A DNA stretch of 64,000 nt from an uncultured Planctomycetota bacterium (GCA_963823665.1 CAWGMQ010000003.1:1056001-1120000), one strand, 5' to 3'; positions 23,630 through 34,972 are shown, counted from the stretch's first letter. The notes: generated from the letters alone by a model not told the origin. A program made the numbers and translations.

Positions 23630-24372
23630 TTCGGACCGATGGCTGCCTTGGCCGCGGCCTTCTGACCCAAGGACGATCCAGCAGGTTCGGCAGTCGCCTC
23701 AGGTTTCGGGAGAAGCGCTTGCAGCTCGCGCCTCCAATCGGCCGGATCGATTCCGTAGTCTTTGCCGGTAATCGTTCGCAGAGATTCCAGGCACTGATAA
23801 CGGATCGCCGGGTCGTCAGGGTGGTCCATGCCGTCGATCAGGATCTGCAAGATGCGCGGTTCGCGGGATTTCAGGCTGCCAATCGACTCGATGGCCGCGA
23901 TGCGGCAGTCCTCGAGCCGGTCGATCGTCATGAGCCTGGCGAGGGTGGTGGCATCTTCGGGGGTTCCGACTTTCCCGAGCGCGCGACAGGCCTCGACGCG
24001 GATCACCGCGTTGTCGGTGTCGGCGATTCCGCGGAGGATGGCTTCGCGAGCGCGGCGATCACCCAGGTTTCCGAGGCTGCGGGTGATGACTGCCCGGATC
24101 GCGATCGGCTCTCGACCCTCGTCGAGCTTGGCGATCATGATCTTCACGGCCTCATCCTTCTGCGCCTGGTCTTCGTAGATCGACGGTGCTCCGAGCTTGG
24201 CATAGGCAATGTATCGAATGTTGGGGTCGGGGTTCTCGCGCGCCTGGCGCACGAAGCTCTTGTAAGTGGTGCCGATATACGGGGTGCAAGCGCCACAGTG
24301 CGCAAGGGTGAGGCATGCCACGAAGAGAACGACTCGTAGCCGCGGCGATCTGGAGACCGACTCGCCATCCAT
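23626..24372 (-). CDS. HEAT-repeat lipoprotein
   Basis: Lipobox-like AHCGAC; VRVEACRALG-type HEAT repeats. Confidence 0.7.
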   Translation of the reverse strand: MDGESVSRSPRLRVVLFVACLTLAHCGACTPYIGTTYKSFVRQARENPDPNIRYIAYAKLGAPSIYEDQAQKDEAVKIMIAKLDEGREPIAIRAVITRSLGNLGDRRAREAILRGIADTDNAVIRVEACRALGKVGTPEDATTLARLMTIDRLEDCRIAAIESIGSLKSREPRILQILIDGMDHPDDPAIRYQCLESLRTITGKDYGIDPADWRRELQALLPKPEATAEPAGSSLGQKAAAKAAIGPN

Positions 24373-24756
24373 GACGGGCTGCCTCGAGGTCTGTGAGGAA
24401 AAACGAAGTCCCCGCAGCACCAGCCAAACCGGGTGACCGCGGGATCGAAGATGCTGCTTGTTACGGCGAAACGGCAGGGAACCGCCGAACGTGCGCAGCG
24501 CCAATGAAATGTCAGCGACGGAAGCGAGCCGTATGTTAGCGAGAACCCCGGAATCCGCCAAGAGCAGGTGAAGGGCTCTCCACGGCCGATCAAACAACCC
24601 GTCGCGACGTCGAAGTCTCGTGGGGCAAGGCTCGGGCGGACCATGCTTGCTCGAGACGCAATGAGTGAAGCTCTCTAATGAAATGTCATTCGCCGCTGAT
24701 TCTTCCCTGACCTGTGAAGCTCGTGATAAGAATCCCTTCGAGCAGAGCGAGCTCTA

Positions 24757-24822
24757 AAAGGGAGGGCAAAAGGAGACAAGCATCCGCGCCTGACGGCCCT
24801 CCAAGCAAGCCTCCTTTTGCCC
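24757..24822 (-). terminator. Long hairpin followed by a short U-tract; possible terminator of the micro-protein transcript
   Basis: GGGCAAAAGGAG (24764-24775) and CTCCTTTTGCCC (24811-24822) form a perfect 12-bp inverted repeat; CCCTTTT follows on the minus strand. Confidence 0.45.
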
Positions 24823-25113
24823 GGACCCTCGGCCTCGCTTCGATCCATCAGAGAGGAACCGGGCATTCCGGGCTTGGGCCCATGAGCCACTGTTCAATGG
24901 CGGAAGCTCTGTAGCCTCGACCGTTAGTCATCACGGTCAAGAGCAAGATGCCGCCGCGTTAGATCAGAGGTCAGAGCCGAACCGGAACTCTACCGGTTGC
25001 TTCCTTTCTTGACTCGTTACCGAAACCTCTCGAGGCACTTCTTTGAACGGGGGCGCCGGAATCCACTTCGCGGCGCTAGATTCAGTGAATGCTCACCGGT
25101 GATTGGCGAGCGC

Positions 25114-25206
25114 TCACTTACCCTTCTTGGGAGCAGCCTTCTTGGGTGCGGCCTTCTTGGGTGCGGCCTTGCTGCTCTTCTTGGTCTCAGCTTTCTTGAC
25201 AGCCAT
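25114..25206 (-). CDS. 30-aa Lys/Ala/Pro-rich histone-H1-like micro-protein MAVKKAETKKSSKAAPKKAAPKKAAPKKGK
   Basis: GAGGAG RBS a few nt upstream of ATG; three KAAPK repeats; Lys mostly AAG; below the ORF-track cutoff. Confidence 0.8.
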   Translation of the reverse strand: MAVKKAETKKSSKAAPKKAAPKKAAPKKGK

Positions 25207-25903
25207 TTCTGTCTCCTCGTTGCAAGACATACTTGTTTGAACCCGACCGGCATCAATCGACCGGTCCCTGCGCCAATTCATACCAAATCTTTCAACATTT
25301 GGAAGACGAAGTTTCCAAGAAATGGTCTTTTTTTTTGAAGATCAGATAGAATTCGATGTGCTTTCGCTCATGGAATCCATAAACACTCTTACTTGCATAT
25401 ACGTCACATCGAGCTACTCATGGTTACACATGCTTTGTCTTATGCATCTCGAGTCCCTTTTTTTCAAGGGTCTCTGCGATGTAGGCATCATGATGCGAGG
25501 GTGCTTTCCGCGCAGCGATCGTCGGGCTGAGCGAGCGCGACTCGCCGGCTTGTCTCGACCAAAAAAATTTCGAAAAAAAATTTCGAAAATCGCCCAGCGC
25601 GCCTCCGAGTGAGGGGAGTCGCGTGTCGCTCCTGCCCGTTTGCGCGGCGGTGCGCTGTCGCGCGTCCGTTCGAGAGGCTCTTCGCCGTACGACCGAGACT
25701 TCAGTCGCGAGCGAGTGAGTGGTGCGACAAAACCGCGCTGCCGCGCGGCGAGAGACTCGAGCCGCGGCGGCCGCCGGCTTACTGCGCACGGGACGCTTCG
25801 ATCGGCGAGACTCGACTTGCAAGGCACATCCTGTTACGACAGAATCTCTGAACAAAGTAACAGAGCATCATTCCTACGCGCTCGCGAAAGGAGGGTCGCC
25901 ATC

Positions 25904-26554
25904 ATGCTCACGCGAATTCGCGGCACTCTGCAGTCGGTCTCGAATGAGGCGGCCACTCTGGTGATCGAGCCGTTTGAGATCGAGGTCTTGATCAGCGAGC
26001 ACACCCGGCGCACGATCCAGACCAAGCTGGGCGAATCGATCTCGTTCCACACCATCTTCTACATCGAAGGCGGATCGATGGTGAGCCGGCTGGTGCCGCG
26101 CGTGGTCGGCTTCCTCTCGCCGATCGACCGGGAGTTCTTCGACATTTTCTGCTCGGTTGACGGCGTCGGCGTGCGCAAGGCGCTGCGGGCGATGGTGCGG
26201 CCGGTCCGCGAAATCGCCCGCACGATCGAAGAGCAGGACGTCAAAGAGCTCGCGACCTTTCCCGGCATCGGCGAAGCAACCGCCGAGCGAATCGTCGCCA
26301 AGCTGCGGCGCAAGGTCGGCAAGTTTGCTTTGATCGTGAGCGGGCAGCCCGGCGAGGGTGCGGCCTCTGCCGAAGCCAACGGCACACCGGAAAGCGCCGC
26401 GGCCGACGTGATCCGCGACACGTACGCCGCTCTGCTTTCGGTCGGACATTCCGACAGCCAGGCGCGCGAAGCGATCGACCGGGTGCTGTCCGCCAAGAAG
26501 AAATTCAAGTCAGTGGCCGATATGATAGAAGCGATCTATCAGCAAAGTCGATAG
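25904..26554 (+). CDS. ruvA: Holliday junction branch migration protein RuvA
   Basis: MLTRIRGTL, SVDGVGVRKAL, FPGIGEATAERI; AAGGAGG RBS; directly upstream of ruvB. Confidence 0.9.
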   Translation: MLTRIRGTLQSVSNEAATLVIEPFEIEVLISEHTRRTIQTKLGESISFHTIFYIEGGSMVSRLVPRVVGFLSPIDREFFDIFCSVDGVGVRKALRAMVRPVREIARTIEEQDVKELATFPGIGEATAERIVAKLRRKVGKFALIVSGQPGEGAASAEANGTPESAAADVIRDTYAALLSVGHSDSQAREAIDRVLSAKKKFKSVADMIEAIYQQSR

Positions 26555-26643
26555 CAAACGCTCGCTCGGGATGGCCTTGAGGCGAGACCGGCGCGAGGTG
26601 TCTTCGCCCGATCTCGCATGCCCGACACGGAGGAGGACCAACG

Positions 26644-27733
26644 ATGCGCAAGACGACGATCCAGGGGGCGCCACGAGACGATGAACCGGCTCCTCAGAGA
26701 AGACTCGCCGAGCCGCGACCAGCGGACCCCGTCGATGAGAAGCTTCGCCCGCAGCGGCTCTCGGAAGTGATCGGGCAGCGGGCCGTCGCCGAGCGGCTCG
26801 AGATCAGCCTGGCGGCCGCGCGGAAGCGGGGCGAGCCGCTGCCGCACATCCTCTTCGACGGTCCGCCCGGCCTGGGCAAGACCACGTTCGCGATGGTGCT
26901 GCACAATGAGCTGGGCGTCGAGCTGAACATCACGAGCGGTGCGGCGCTCGACAAGAAGATGGACGTCATGCCCTTCCTGACCAACGCGGCGGAGGGCTCG
27001 ATCCTCTTCATCGACGAGATCCATCGCCTTCCCCGCGCCGTCGAGGAATTCATCTACCCGGTGATGGAAGACTTCCGGGTCGACGTCGTGCTGGGCGAAG
27101 GGATGTCGGCACGGACCATCAGCCTGCCTCTCAAGAAGTTCACGATCATCGGGGCAACGACCCGCAGCGGCATGCTCTCGGGGCCGCTCCGCGAGCGCTT
27201 CGGCATGCACGAGCACCTGGAGTTCTACGACGTCGACGACCTCACCCGGATCATCACGATCAACGCCGCCAAGCTCCGCTCGAGCATCGCCCCCGACGCC
27301 GCGAGAGAGCTGGCGGCGCGCAGCCGGGGCACACCCCGCATCGCCAATGCCCGCCTGCGCTGGGTGCGCGACTACGCGCTGGCGCGCGCCGACGGTGCAA
27401 TCGATCTGGCGGTCGCGCGGGATGCGCTCGCAGATGCAGGAGATCGACGCCGAGGGGCTCGACAAGCAAGACCGGCGCTACCTCGAGACGCTCGTGCGGG
27501 TCTTCGCGGGAGGGCCGACCGGCGTCGAGGCCCTGGCCGCCACCATGAACGTCGCTGTCGACACCTTGAGAGATGAGGTCGAGCCATACCTGCTGCGCCG
27601 CGAATTCCTGGTGCGGTCTCCCCGCGGCCGGCAGGTCACGGCGGCGGCGTACGCGCATTTGAACCTACCCGTCCCCCCGCCGGAACCGGACGACCTGCCG
27701 ATGTTTGATTCCCAGAGGCGGTTGTTTGATTGA
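26644..27733 (+). CDS. ruvB: Holliday junction helicase RuvB (frameshift near 27430)
   Basis: [44 protein letters not shown]...PRGR. Confidence 0.95.
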
Positions 27734-27736
27734 ACG

Positions 27737-28764
27737 CTATCGCTCGCAAAGCGGGCGACATGCTCGCATCAGGCGGTCGCGTACGGCTTGCCATTCGGGT
27801 GCGTCGGCTGGAAGGACCACCACAATTGCGCGTCTGGCGAGCGCATCGCACCGGTGCAACACATCGTAAAGCGATTTCGCGGCGCTTTCGGGAGTGTCCA
27901 GCACGTATTCGGCCGATCCCGTCAAAGCGCCGGCGCCTGAGTGCTTGCCGATCACGATCAGGGCGAGTGCTTCGGATTGGTTCACACCCTCGAGCTCGTC
28001 GACCGAGGCGACGTAATACGCGGGCGTCCGGGGGGCGTAATGGACGGGCATCTGGCCTGGGCTCATCGGGAGTGCCGCGTGCGCGCCCGTGGCCTGGTCG
28101 AGGACCGCACGGCCGGCGAGTGCCGCTTCGAGCTCGGCCCGCGTGATCGGGCCGGGGCGAAGGATCCGCGGGGAGAGGCCGGTCAGGTCGAGGACGGTCG
28201 ACTCAAGCCCGACGGTCGTCGGTCCGCTATCGATGACCAGGTCGATCCGGTTTTCGAGATCGGCCAGCACGTGCTCGGCCCGGGTCGGCTGAGATCCTGT
28301 TCGACCGATTCGCGCTGGGAGCGGCGATGGGCTGGCCCACCCGCTCGATCAAGCCCCGAGGCGACGGCCCCGCGGGGAGACCGCAATGCGACGGTCTGTA
28401 GCCCGGCCGTCACGACGTCGGGAATGATCGGCGTTGCGACGAAGGACGAGCGTGAGCGGGCCCGGCCAGAAGTGCTCGCCGAGCCGCTGAGCATCGGCCG
28501 GCCAGTCCATGGCGCACGCTCGCGCATCGGGAATGCCGGCGACGTGCACGATGAGCGGGTTGACTGGCCGGCCGCCCCTTCGCGGCGAAGATCCGCGCAA
28601 CCGCAGCGGGCTCGGGTGGCGATGGCCCCCAGGCCGTAGACCGTCTCGGTCGCGAAGGCGACCAGCCCGCCGCGCGACAAAACTTGAGCGGCAAGGTCGA
28701 GCGCGGCGGGATCCGGATGCGTGGGGTCGACTGCGATCACGCGCGTAGCCGGCTTGCGTGACAC
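27737..28764 (-). CDS. tsaC: Sua5/TsaC threonylcarbamoyl-AMP synthase (several frameshifts)
   Basis: VAFATETVYGLG, KGRP..NPLIVH, FWPGPLT, GLESTVLD, SPGQMPVHYAP (Sua5 C-domain). Confidence 0.88.
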
Positions 28765-28770
28765 GAGAGA

Positions 28771-29918
28771 TCAACCCTTCGGTTTCAGAATGACGATCGC
28801 GCACGCCTGGGTGCTTGTCCGTCTGTTGCAGCCGCTTCTCATACTCAAGCCGGATCGACTCGTAAAGGGCGGGAAGTTGATCGTACAACCGCCGGAGCGG
28901 GCGCGGGGCGTGGCGGGCGCGGGCGTAGGCGGTCAGGAGCGGCAGAGCGATGGTCGAGTCGGTGTAGCAGGTGACCGAGTCGGGCAAGGTGTCGGGATCG
29001 ACCTTGCCCCAGGTCATCGCCTCGCTGGCCGTGGCGCCTGAGAGGCCGCCGGTGTCGGGCCGGGCGTCGGTGACCTGAAGAAAGTAGTCGTGGCCACTTT
29101 CGCGAGAGCCCGAGCACTTCCTGGATCTGCGGCTCGGTCTGGAGGATGAAGTTCTTGGGGCTGCCACCGCCCAGGATGAGCACGCGCCGACTTGCCGCCG
29201 CTCGCGCTTGGCGTCATAGACGATGGCGGCGGTTTCGTTGACGTCGCGAAGCGTATCGATCTGGAGCTTTCCGCCGTGCAGGCTCGAGGCCGCGAGGTTC
29301 ATGCCGATCGAGCTGTCGCCGGGGCTCGACGTGTAGATCGGCACGCCGGCCTCGTAGGCCGCGGCCAGCAGGCTGCTGGAAGGCCGACCCAGCTGTCTGA
29401 TCACGGCCGTGAAGGTATCGCCCGACCTGGTGATGGAACTCGGCGGTGCCCATCGGCCGGGCGAAGACTTCGTCGCGGATCAGCTCGCGGTAGAAGGAGT
29501 CGGTGTCGAGCAGGGTCTTGTAGTCGAAGACGATGTCGTAGATGCGGATGACGTCGTTTTGCCGCAACGCGAGATCGTCGAGGTTCGGGCGGCTCTGGTG
29601 CAGAGGCAGGTCGAGCGCGAAGTGGGTGTCGTGGTAGAGGTTGGCTCCGGTCGAGACGATCCAGTCGACGAATCCGGACTGGATGAGCGGGATCAAGCAG
29701 CTCATCCCGAGTCCGGCGGGGGTGAGCGCGCCCGAGAGCGTCAGCCCGACGGTGCAGTCCGGCTCGAGGAACTTGCGGGTGAAGACGGTGCAAAGCTCGC
29801 GGAGCCTGCCCGCGTTATACGCCGAGAAGGCGTGGTCGATCAGGTCCGCGACGGTCTCGGCTCCGCTCACTTCGCGCGGAGCGATACGATGCACGCTGAT
29901 GCTCTCGAGGTAGCCCAT
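28771..29918 (-). CDS. Deoxyhypusine synthase-like protein (homospermidine/aminobutylagmatine synthase candidate; frameshifts; 3' end approximate)
   Basis: [53 protein letters not shown]. Confidence 0.88.
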
Positions 29919-29965
29919 ATGTTGCTCGTTCTCGGCACTGGGCGTGCGGGTATTTCGTGTTCAGT

Positions 29966-30511
29966 TCAAGCGAGAAGAATCGCCGCGGCCACGACGGTGG
30001 ACCAGAGACCGTCTTTGTGGCCGACCGCGGTCTGGGTGACCTCCTTCGTCTTGTAGAAGACGTCGGCGATCTTCCAGATCTCGCGCTTTTCATCCCAGGA
30101 GCTGTCGGGGTTGAATTCGACTCCCAGAACGGTGGCGAGCATCTCGGCGGCGAGGTCTTCGGCGTAGTCGGCGGCGGCCTTGGCCGTCTGGCCGTAGGCG
30201 TGATGTTCCGACAGGTAGCCGAACAAGGTGCGATCACGCGGAATCGCCACGCCCACGCTGGCGGCGACCAGGCGATTGGGCTCGGCGGTGGCGTTCTCGC
30301 TCATGACGACGTGAACGATCTGACCGGGCTGAAGCTGTTTGAGGCCTTCGTCGATCGAGATCTCCTTGCAATTGGGCGGGAAGATGCTCGAAACGCGAAC
30401 GAGGTTGTAACAAGCGATGCGAGCGTCGCGAAGAGCCATCTCGAAGCTGGAGAGCTTTTCGCGATGAGTGCCCACACCCTTGGTGAAGAACAGTTTTGTG
30501 GGTACGTACAT
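29966..30511 (-). CDS. pdaD: Pyruvoyl-dependent arginine decarboxylase
   Basis: [20 protein letters not shown] (Ser-Ser autocleavage site), GYLSEHH. Confidence 0.88.
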   Translation of the reverse strand: MYVPTKLFFTKGVGTHREKLSSFEMALRDARIACYNLVRVSSIFPPNCKEISIDEGLKQLQPGQIVHVVMSENATAEPNRLVAASVGVAIPRDRTLFGYLSEHHAYGQTAKAAADYAEDLAAEMLATVLGVEFNPDSSWDEKREIWKIADVFYKTKEVTQTAVGHKDGLWSTVVAAAILLA

Positions 30512-31316
30512 CTTTGGCGTGCCACCTCCCGCACCGGCCGAATGAAACGATCGTGCCGGAACAAGTTCCCTAATCGGATTCAGCCCCGCGGCGCCCCCGC
30601 GCACCGCCCATATGACAGGTAGAATTATTATGGGATTGGAGGCCGCGCTTCAAGGGCATCCGTCGACAAGAATCGAAGTCCGGAATACCGGAACGACCCG
30701 GAATGCGCTCACCGATCGGGAACGATCCGGCGAACTCAACCCTCGATCTTTCAGGAAAATAAGAGATCCCATGTGGATCTGTTCGATGTACGGCGCGACA
30801 ATCTCAGGTTTCGCAAGGGCAAGAGAGGCTTGAGGGCTACGACCGCGCGAACTCGACAACTCAAGAAGATTGCCACCCTGCTGAGCGCGTTCGCGGGGAC
30901 ACAGGCGCTTTCAGCGCGGCGATGTGCTGGCAGAAATTGGCCGGGTTCCCCGCAAGAAATTCCACGGCACGTCGGCAGGCGAATCGCGCGGGAAGTGAGA
31001 GGCGGAAAGGCGGACGTGCGAGGATCCGATGTCAGATGCGTGCTTGATGGCATGCAGACGTACGCCCGGCCCGTGCTGGCCAGGTGTTGTCTCCTAGCCG
31101 CCAGCCGCCCTATATATAGAAGGAGGGATCTGACCGAAGCGCGCGGATCGTGACGAGTGCAAGCTTACAGCGAGTGGGTTACAGGAGCGCAGCGCACGGA
31201 ACCACACATTGAACACCCGCTGAGCAACGCGCCGGTGGCGGGTATCGTCCAACCGGGGCTTTTCAAGGTCCACGCGTGCGACGAAGCCGGGGCACGCCCG
31301 GCGATTGATCGCGCTA

Positions 31317-32155
31317 TCACCCCCCTCCGATGACTTCACCGCCGTTCATGGTCAGGAGCATCACCAGTGTTTGGGGGTTCACGGTGGCCTTGATGAATCT
31401 GGTGGAGCCGTCGGCGAAGAGCGCGTGCTGCGCCGGCGGCGTGGGGACTGGCCAGGCGCGGGGCCGGCCCGCCTTCGGTCCAGTGCGCAGTCTTCCGGCT
31501 TGGTCCAAGGGATTGAAAGATCGGTCTCGAGGACAAGGAACGTGTTCGAGGTTCCGTCCGTGATGTGGCGAACGTCAGCCCCGTGGGTCGGCGTGAACGG
31601 CGTGTTGATGTTGTAGGCGTCCGTTTCGGGGCCGACGATGACGACGTACCCCGTTTCGCCGGCGCCGCGACGGGCAGCGGCCGGGCAGCGAAACTCGGGT
31701 GGCATTTCCGCGAGCAGCGCACGGTTGTGGGGGCTGTCCCACGGCTCATCCAGATGAAAACGCTCGTACAAAGACTGGTATCCCAGTTGCGGCAAGATCG
31801 CGACTCGCCAGCTCAGGAGCTTTTGGCCTTTTGGGCCCATGACCGCCGGCGCTGGAAACTGAGTACGCTCTTCCTGGTATTCCAGCATCGCTGCGCCCAG
31901 CCGCCGTAGGTTGCCCGCGCACTGCGATCGCCAGGATTCGTGAAACGCGTCGAGGAGAGCCGCGTACGCGATCCAGATCAGTGGCGCGAGGATGCTCGCG
32001 CCGACAATCCAGGGAATGAGTCGCCGCCTCCTCCTTTGCGCCGGCGGCGTCGGCGCGGTGTCATCCAGGATGATCAACAGTTCGTCGATCGTCGTCGACT
32101 GCGGGGCGTCCGAAACGATCAACGTATCGTCGCTGGTTAACTCGAGCGTGCTCAT
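31317..32155 (-). CDS. DUF1559 family protein (frameshift near the C-terminus)
   Basis: QCAGNLRRLG, LSWRVAILP, EPWDSPHN, ITDGTSNT, PWTKP, HALFADGS. Confidence 0.85.
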
Positions 32156-32430
32156 GGCGTGTCTCCCGCTGCGTGAGGCCGGCGGACGAGGTCGGTCCGC
32201 CAGAGCAGGTGGCGGCCCGGCCGCGACTGAAATCATGAAACGCCGCCGGCATGATCGAAGTGATCCTACTACGACTGTAGGATGTACTATTACATTAGTC
32301 AGAGACTGGTCGTCGAGTCAAGTGGCTGCGGATGGCTCGGCGCTCTGCACGTCTTTTCATCGCGCGGCATGCGGTGTGGGGCGGTGTACCAGATCGCGAC
32401 AGGTGTCGTTCGGGCAGGATATAATCGGCC

Positions 32431-34161
32431 ATGGAAGAAGATGGTGCGATCGACTTCGCGAAGCAGGGCCAACGCCTGCTGGAACGAAGGGACCCTGACC
32501 TGCTTGACGAAACCGAAGCGTGCATTCGCCGCGCGCTGGCACTGACGCCGGGGTCTCCTACAGTGCTCGAGCAGCTTGGGCGCGTCCTTGGCGCACAGGG
32601 GCGGTTCAGCGAGGCGCTCGCGTGCTTCAAGCAAGCTTTGGGCGAAGCTCGTGCTGATCTTGCGATCCGGCTCTCGCTCGCTGAGCTGCTGCAGGGAAGC
32701 GGGCGATTTGATGAGGCGGCGCGGATGCTCGCGGACGCCGCATCGCTCGATTCCAAGGATGCGCGGCTCCATGCACAACTCGGCAAGCTGGCTCTTGCTC
32801 GGGGACGTTTCGCAGAGGCAGCCGAGCGATTCCAAGCGGCCCTGGCACTGGATGCGTCGCTGGCTGAAGCACGCTGTGGACTTGGTCGTGCCCTGGAAGA
32901 GCAGGGACAGCTCGTTGAAGCCGAGCGATGTTTCCGCGACGCAGTGCAATCCGACCCGAGCCTCACCGCGCCGTTGATCGCGCTGGCCAAGCTCCAAGCT
33001 GACCAGGGCGAAATTGAGGAATCGTGCCGGTCGGCGCGACGAGCGCTGGCGATCTGCCCGAGTCTGGCGGAGGCATACTGGCGCCTGGCGATGAATCTCA
33101 AGGGTGCTCTTCCCGATGCCGACATCCAGGCCATGCAGCGACTGCGCGATCACAAATACGTGCCTCACGGTTTGCGTGCGGGGCTTGGATTCGCACTCGG
33201 GGCGGTGTTCGATGCGCGCGGCCTCTACGTACAGGCAGCCGAGCAATTCGAAGCTGCGAATGCGCTCAAGGCCGCCGTGAAGGCCGCGAAAGGGCAGTCG
33301 TTTGATCCCGACCAGTACTCGCGCTCCATCGATCGGATCATCGCCACGTTCACGCCGGAGCTATTGGCCCGCGGCCGAGGCTGCGGTGAGCGCGATCCGC
33401 GGCCGGTGTTTGTGGTCGGTTTGCCGCGCTCGGGCACGACCCTAGTGGAGCAGATCCTGGCCTCGCATTCGCAAGTGCATGGAGCGGGTGAGCTACGCGA
33501 CGTGCTCAATCTGTTCAACGCGCTGCCGGAACTGACCGGCCGGCGTGGCGGTGACGCGTTCGAGATAATGAGCACACTTGGCCCCGATTCGGCTCGTGCG
33601 CTGGCTCCGCGGTACATCGCAGCGCTCGATCGGGTCGCACCGGCGGCCGCCAAGCGCATCATCGACAAAATGCCCGACAACTTTCTCATGCTCGGGCTGA
33701 TTGCCCTCTTGTGGCCCGAGGCGCGGGTGATCGTCTGCAACCGAGACTTGCGAGACGTCGCCCTCTCCTGCTGGCAGACTCCGTTTGGCACGAACCCCTG
33801 GACCAATCACTGGGAACACATCGCGAGGCGCCTTGCCGATCATGAGCGGCTGCTCGCGCACTGGAGACGGGTCAACCCGGTCGCGTGGCTCGATGTTGGT
33901 TATGAAGAGCTGGTTCGCGACGTGGAGGGGCATGCTCGTCGCATGATTGCTTTTCTGGGCCTCGAATGGGAGCCCGGTTGTTTGGAGTTTCACGCGACTC
34001 GGCGCGTGGTGCGGACGGCTAGCCAGCTTCAGGTGCGGGAGCCGATTCATGCGCATTCGATCGGGCGATGGCGAAGGTATGAGTCGACGCTTCGGCCGCT
34101 CTTTGAGGCTTTGGAGCGACACCGCGTGAGCGGACCCAACAGCAAGACCGAATGGGCGTGA
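32431..34161 (+). CDS. TPR-containing sulfotransferase family protein
   Basis: N-terminal TPRs; PAPS-binding FVVGLPRSGTTLVEQIL; DKMPDN; RDVALSC; TASQLQVREP. Confidence 0.9.
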   Translation: MEEDGAIDFAKQGQRLLERRDPDLLDETEACIRRALALTPGSPTVLEQLGRVLGAQGRFSEALACFKQALGEARADLAIRLSLAELLQGSGRFDEAARMLADAASLDSKDARLHAQLGKLALARGRFAEAAERFQAALALDASLAEARCGLGRALEEQGQLVEAERCFRDAVQSDPSLTAPLIALAKLQADQGEIEESCRSARRALAICPSLAEAYWRLAMNLKGALPDADIQAMQRLRDHKYVPHGLRAGLGFALGAVFDARGLYVQAAEQFEAANALKAAVKAAKGQSFDPDQYSRSIDRIIATFTPELLARGRGCGERDPRPVFVVGLPRSGTTLVEQILASHSQVHGAGELRDVLNLFNALPELTGRRGGDAFEIMSTLGPDSARALAPRYIAALDRVAPAAAKRIIDKMPDNFLMLGLIALLWPEARVIVCNRDLRDVALSCWQTPFGTNPWTNHWEHIARRLADHERLLAHWRRVNPVAWLDVGYEELVRDVEGHARRMIAFLGLEWEPGCLEFHATRRVVRTASQLQVREPIHAHSIGRWRRYESTLRPLFEALERHRVSGPNSKTEWA

Positions 34162-34429
34162 CGAGTAAGGGTCCTCTCGGCCTGTCACATCAGGTGGAAT
34201 CCCGACTTCAGGCCTCGCGTTCTCTGAAAAACGACCGGGCGGTCGCGACGAACGACCAAGCGCTACGATTCGGAGATTCATTACAGTCGTAACTTGAACT
34301 GGAAAACCATCGCAAAACGTCGAGCAAACTGTTGCATCGTGTGACTTTCGAGCCTCAAATCGACTGACACTCTCGAAGAGCCCACGTCAAGGTCTTCCTG
34401 ATCGTCAGAGCCTCGGAAAGTCATTCGCG

Positions 34430-34972
34430 ATGCAATTAGCTAGAATTCAAATACCGGTGTTCGTATCATGTCCTACTGATCTTAGTCCGTCGCAGGAAAA
34501 GTCGGCGGATGTGATCCACGCCTGTCTTCAGAAGCACAGGCTTGAATGGCGCGCGCTCGGCAGGAACGAGTATCCCAACGACTTGCCGCTCCGTGAAGTG
34601 TTACAAATGATCAAGCACTGTTCTGGCGGAGTCATTTTGGGATTTGAGCAGTTTCGCGCACCCTCGGGCGTGTACAAGCGAGGCTCAAGTCGCGTGAGAC
34701 GAACCAACGACGCGGTCATCATGCCGACGCCCTGGAATCAGCTCGAAGCCGGAATTCTGTTCAATCGAGAATTGCCCATCCTGATCTTCAAGGAGGAAGG
34801 GATAACCGGCGGCGTTTTTGATGTCGGAACCTCGGAGGTGTTCATCCACAAGATGCCGTCCGCAAGAATGGCCCAGTCCGCTCGAGACAGTCTCGAGATG
34901 GTGTTTCAGAAATGGTCGGCGAGGGTTTTTACGCACTATTATGGTGAACAAATACGATCCCAGGCCCATTGA
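34430..34972 (+). CDS. TIR-like / nucleoside-deoxyribosyltransferase-fold protein
   Basis: VFVSCP first strand, CSGGVILGF, PTPWNQLEAG (putative catalytic Glu), LPILIFKE. Confidence 0.6.
   Translation: MQLARIQIPVFVSCPTDLSPSQEKSADVIHACLQKHRLEWRALGRNEYPNDLPLREVLQMIKHCSGGVILGFEQFRAPSGVYKRGSSRVRRTNDAVIMPTPWNQLEAGILFNRELPILIFKEEGITGGVFDVGTSEVFIHKMPSARMAQSARDSLEMVFQKWSARVFTHYYGEQIRSQAH

Noticed and set aside
25320..25600. AT-rich region as a replication origin
   Set aside because: No clustered DnaA boxes (TTATCCACA-like) seen
30620..31300. 700-bp gap between pdaD and the DUF1559 gene as an ncRNA or small gene
   Set aside because: No recognisable RNA motif, RBS-supported ORF or clear repeat found by eye
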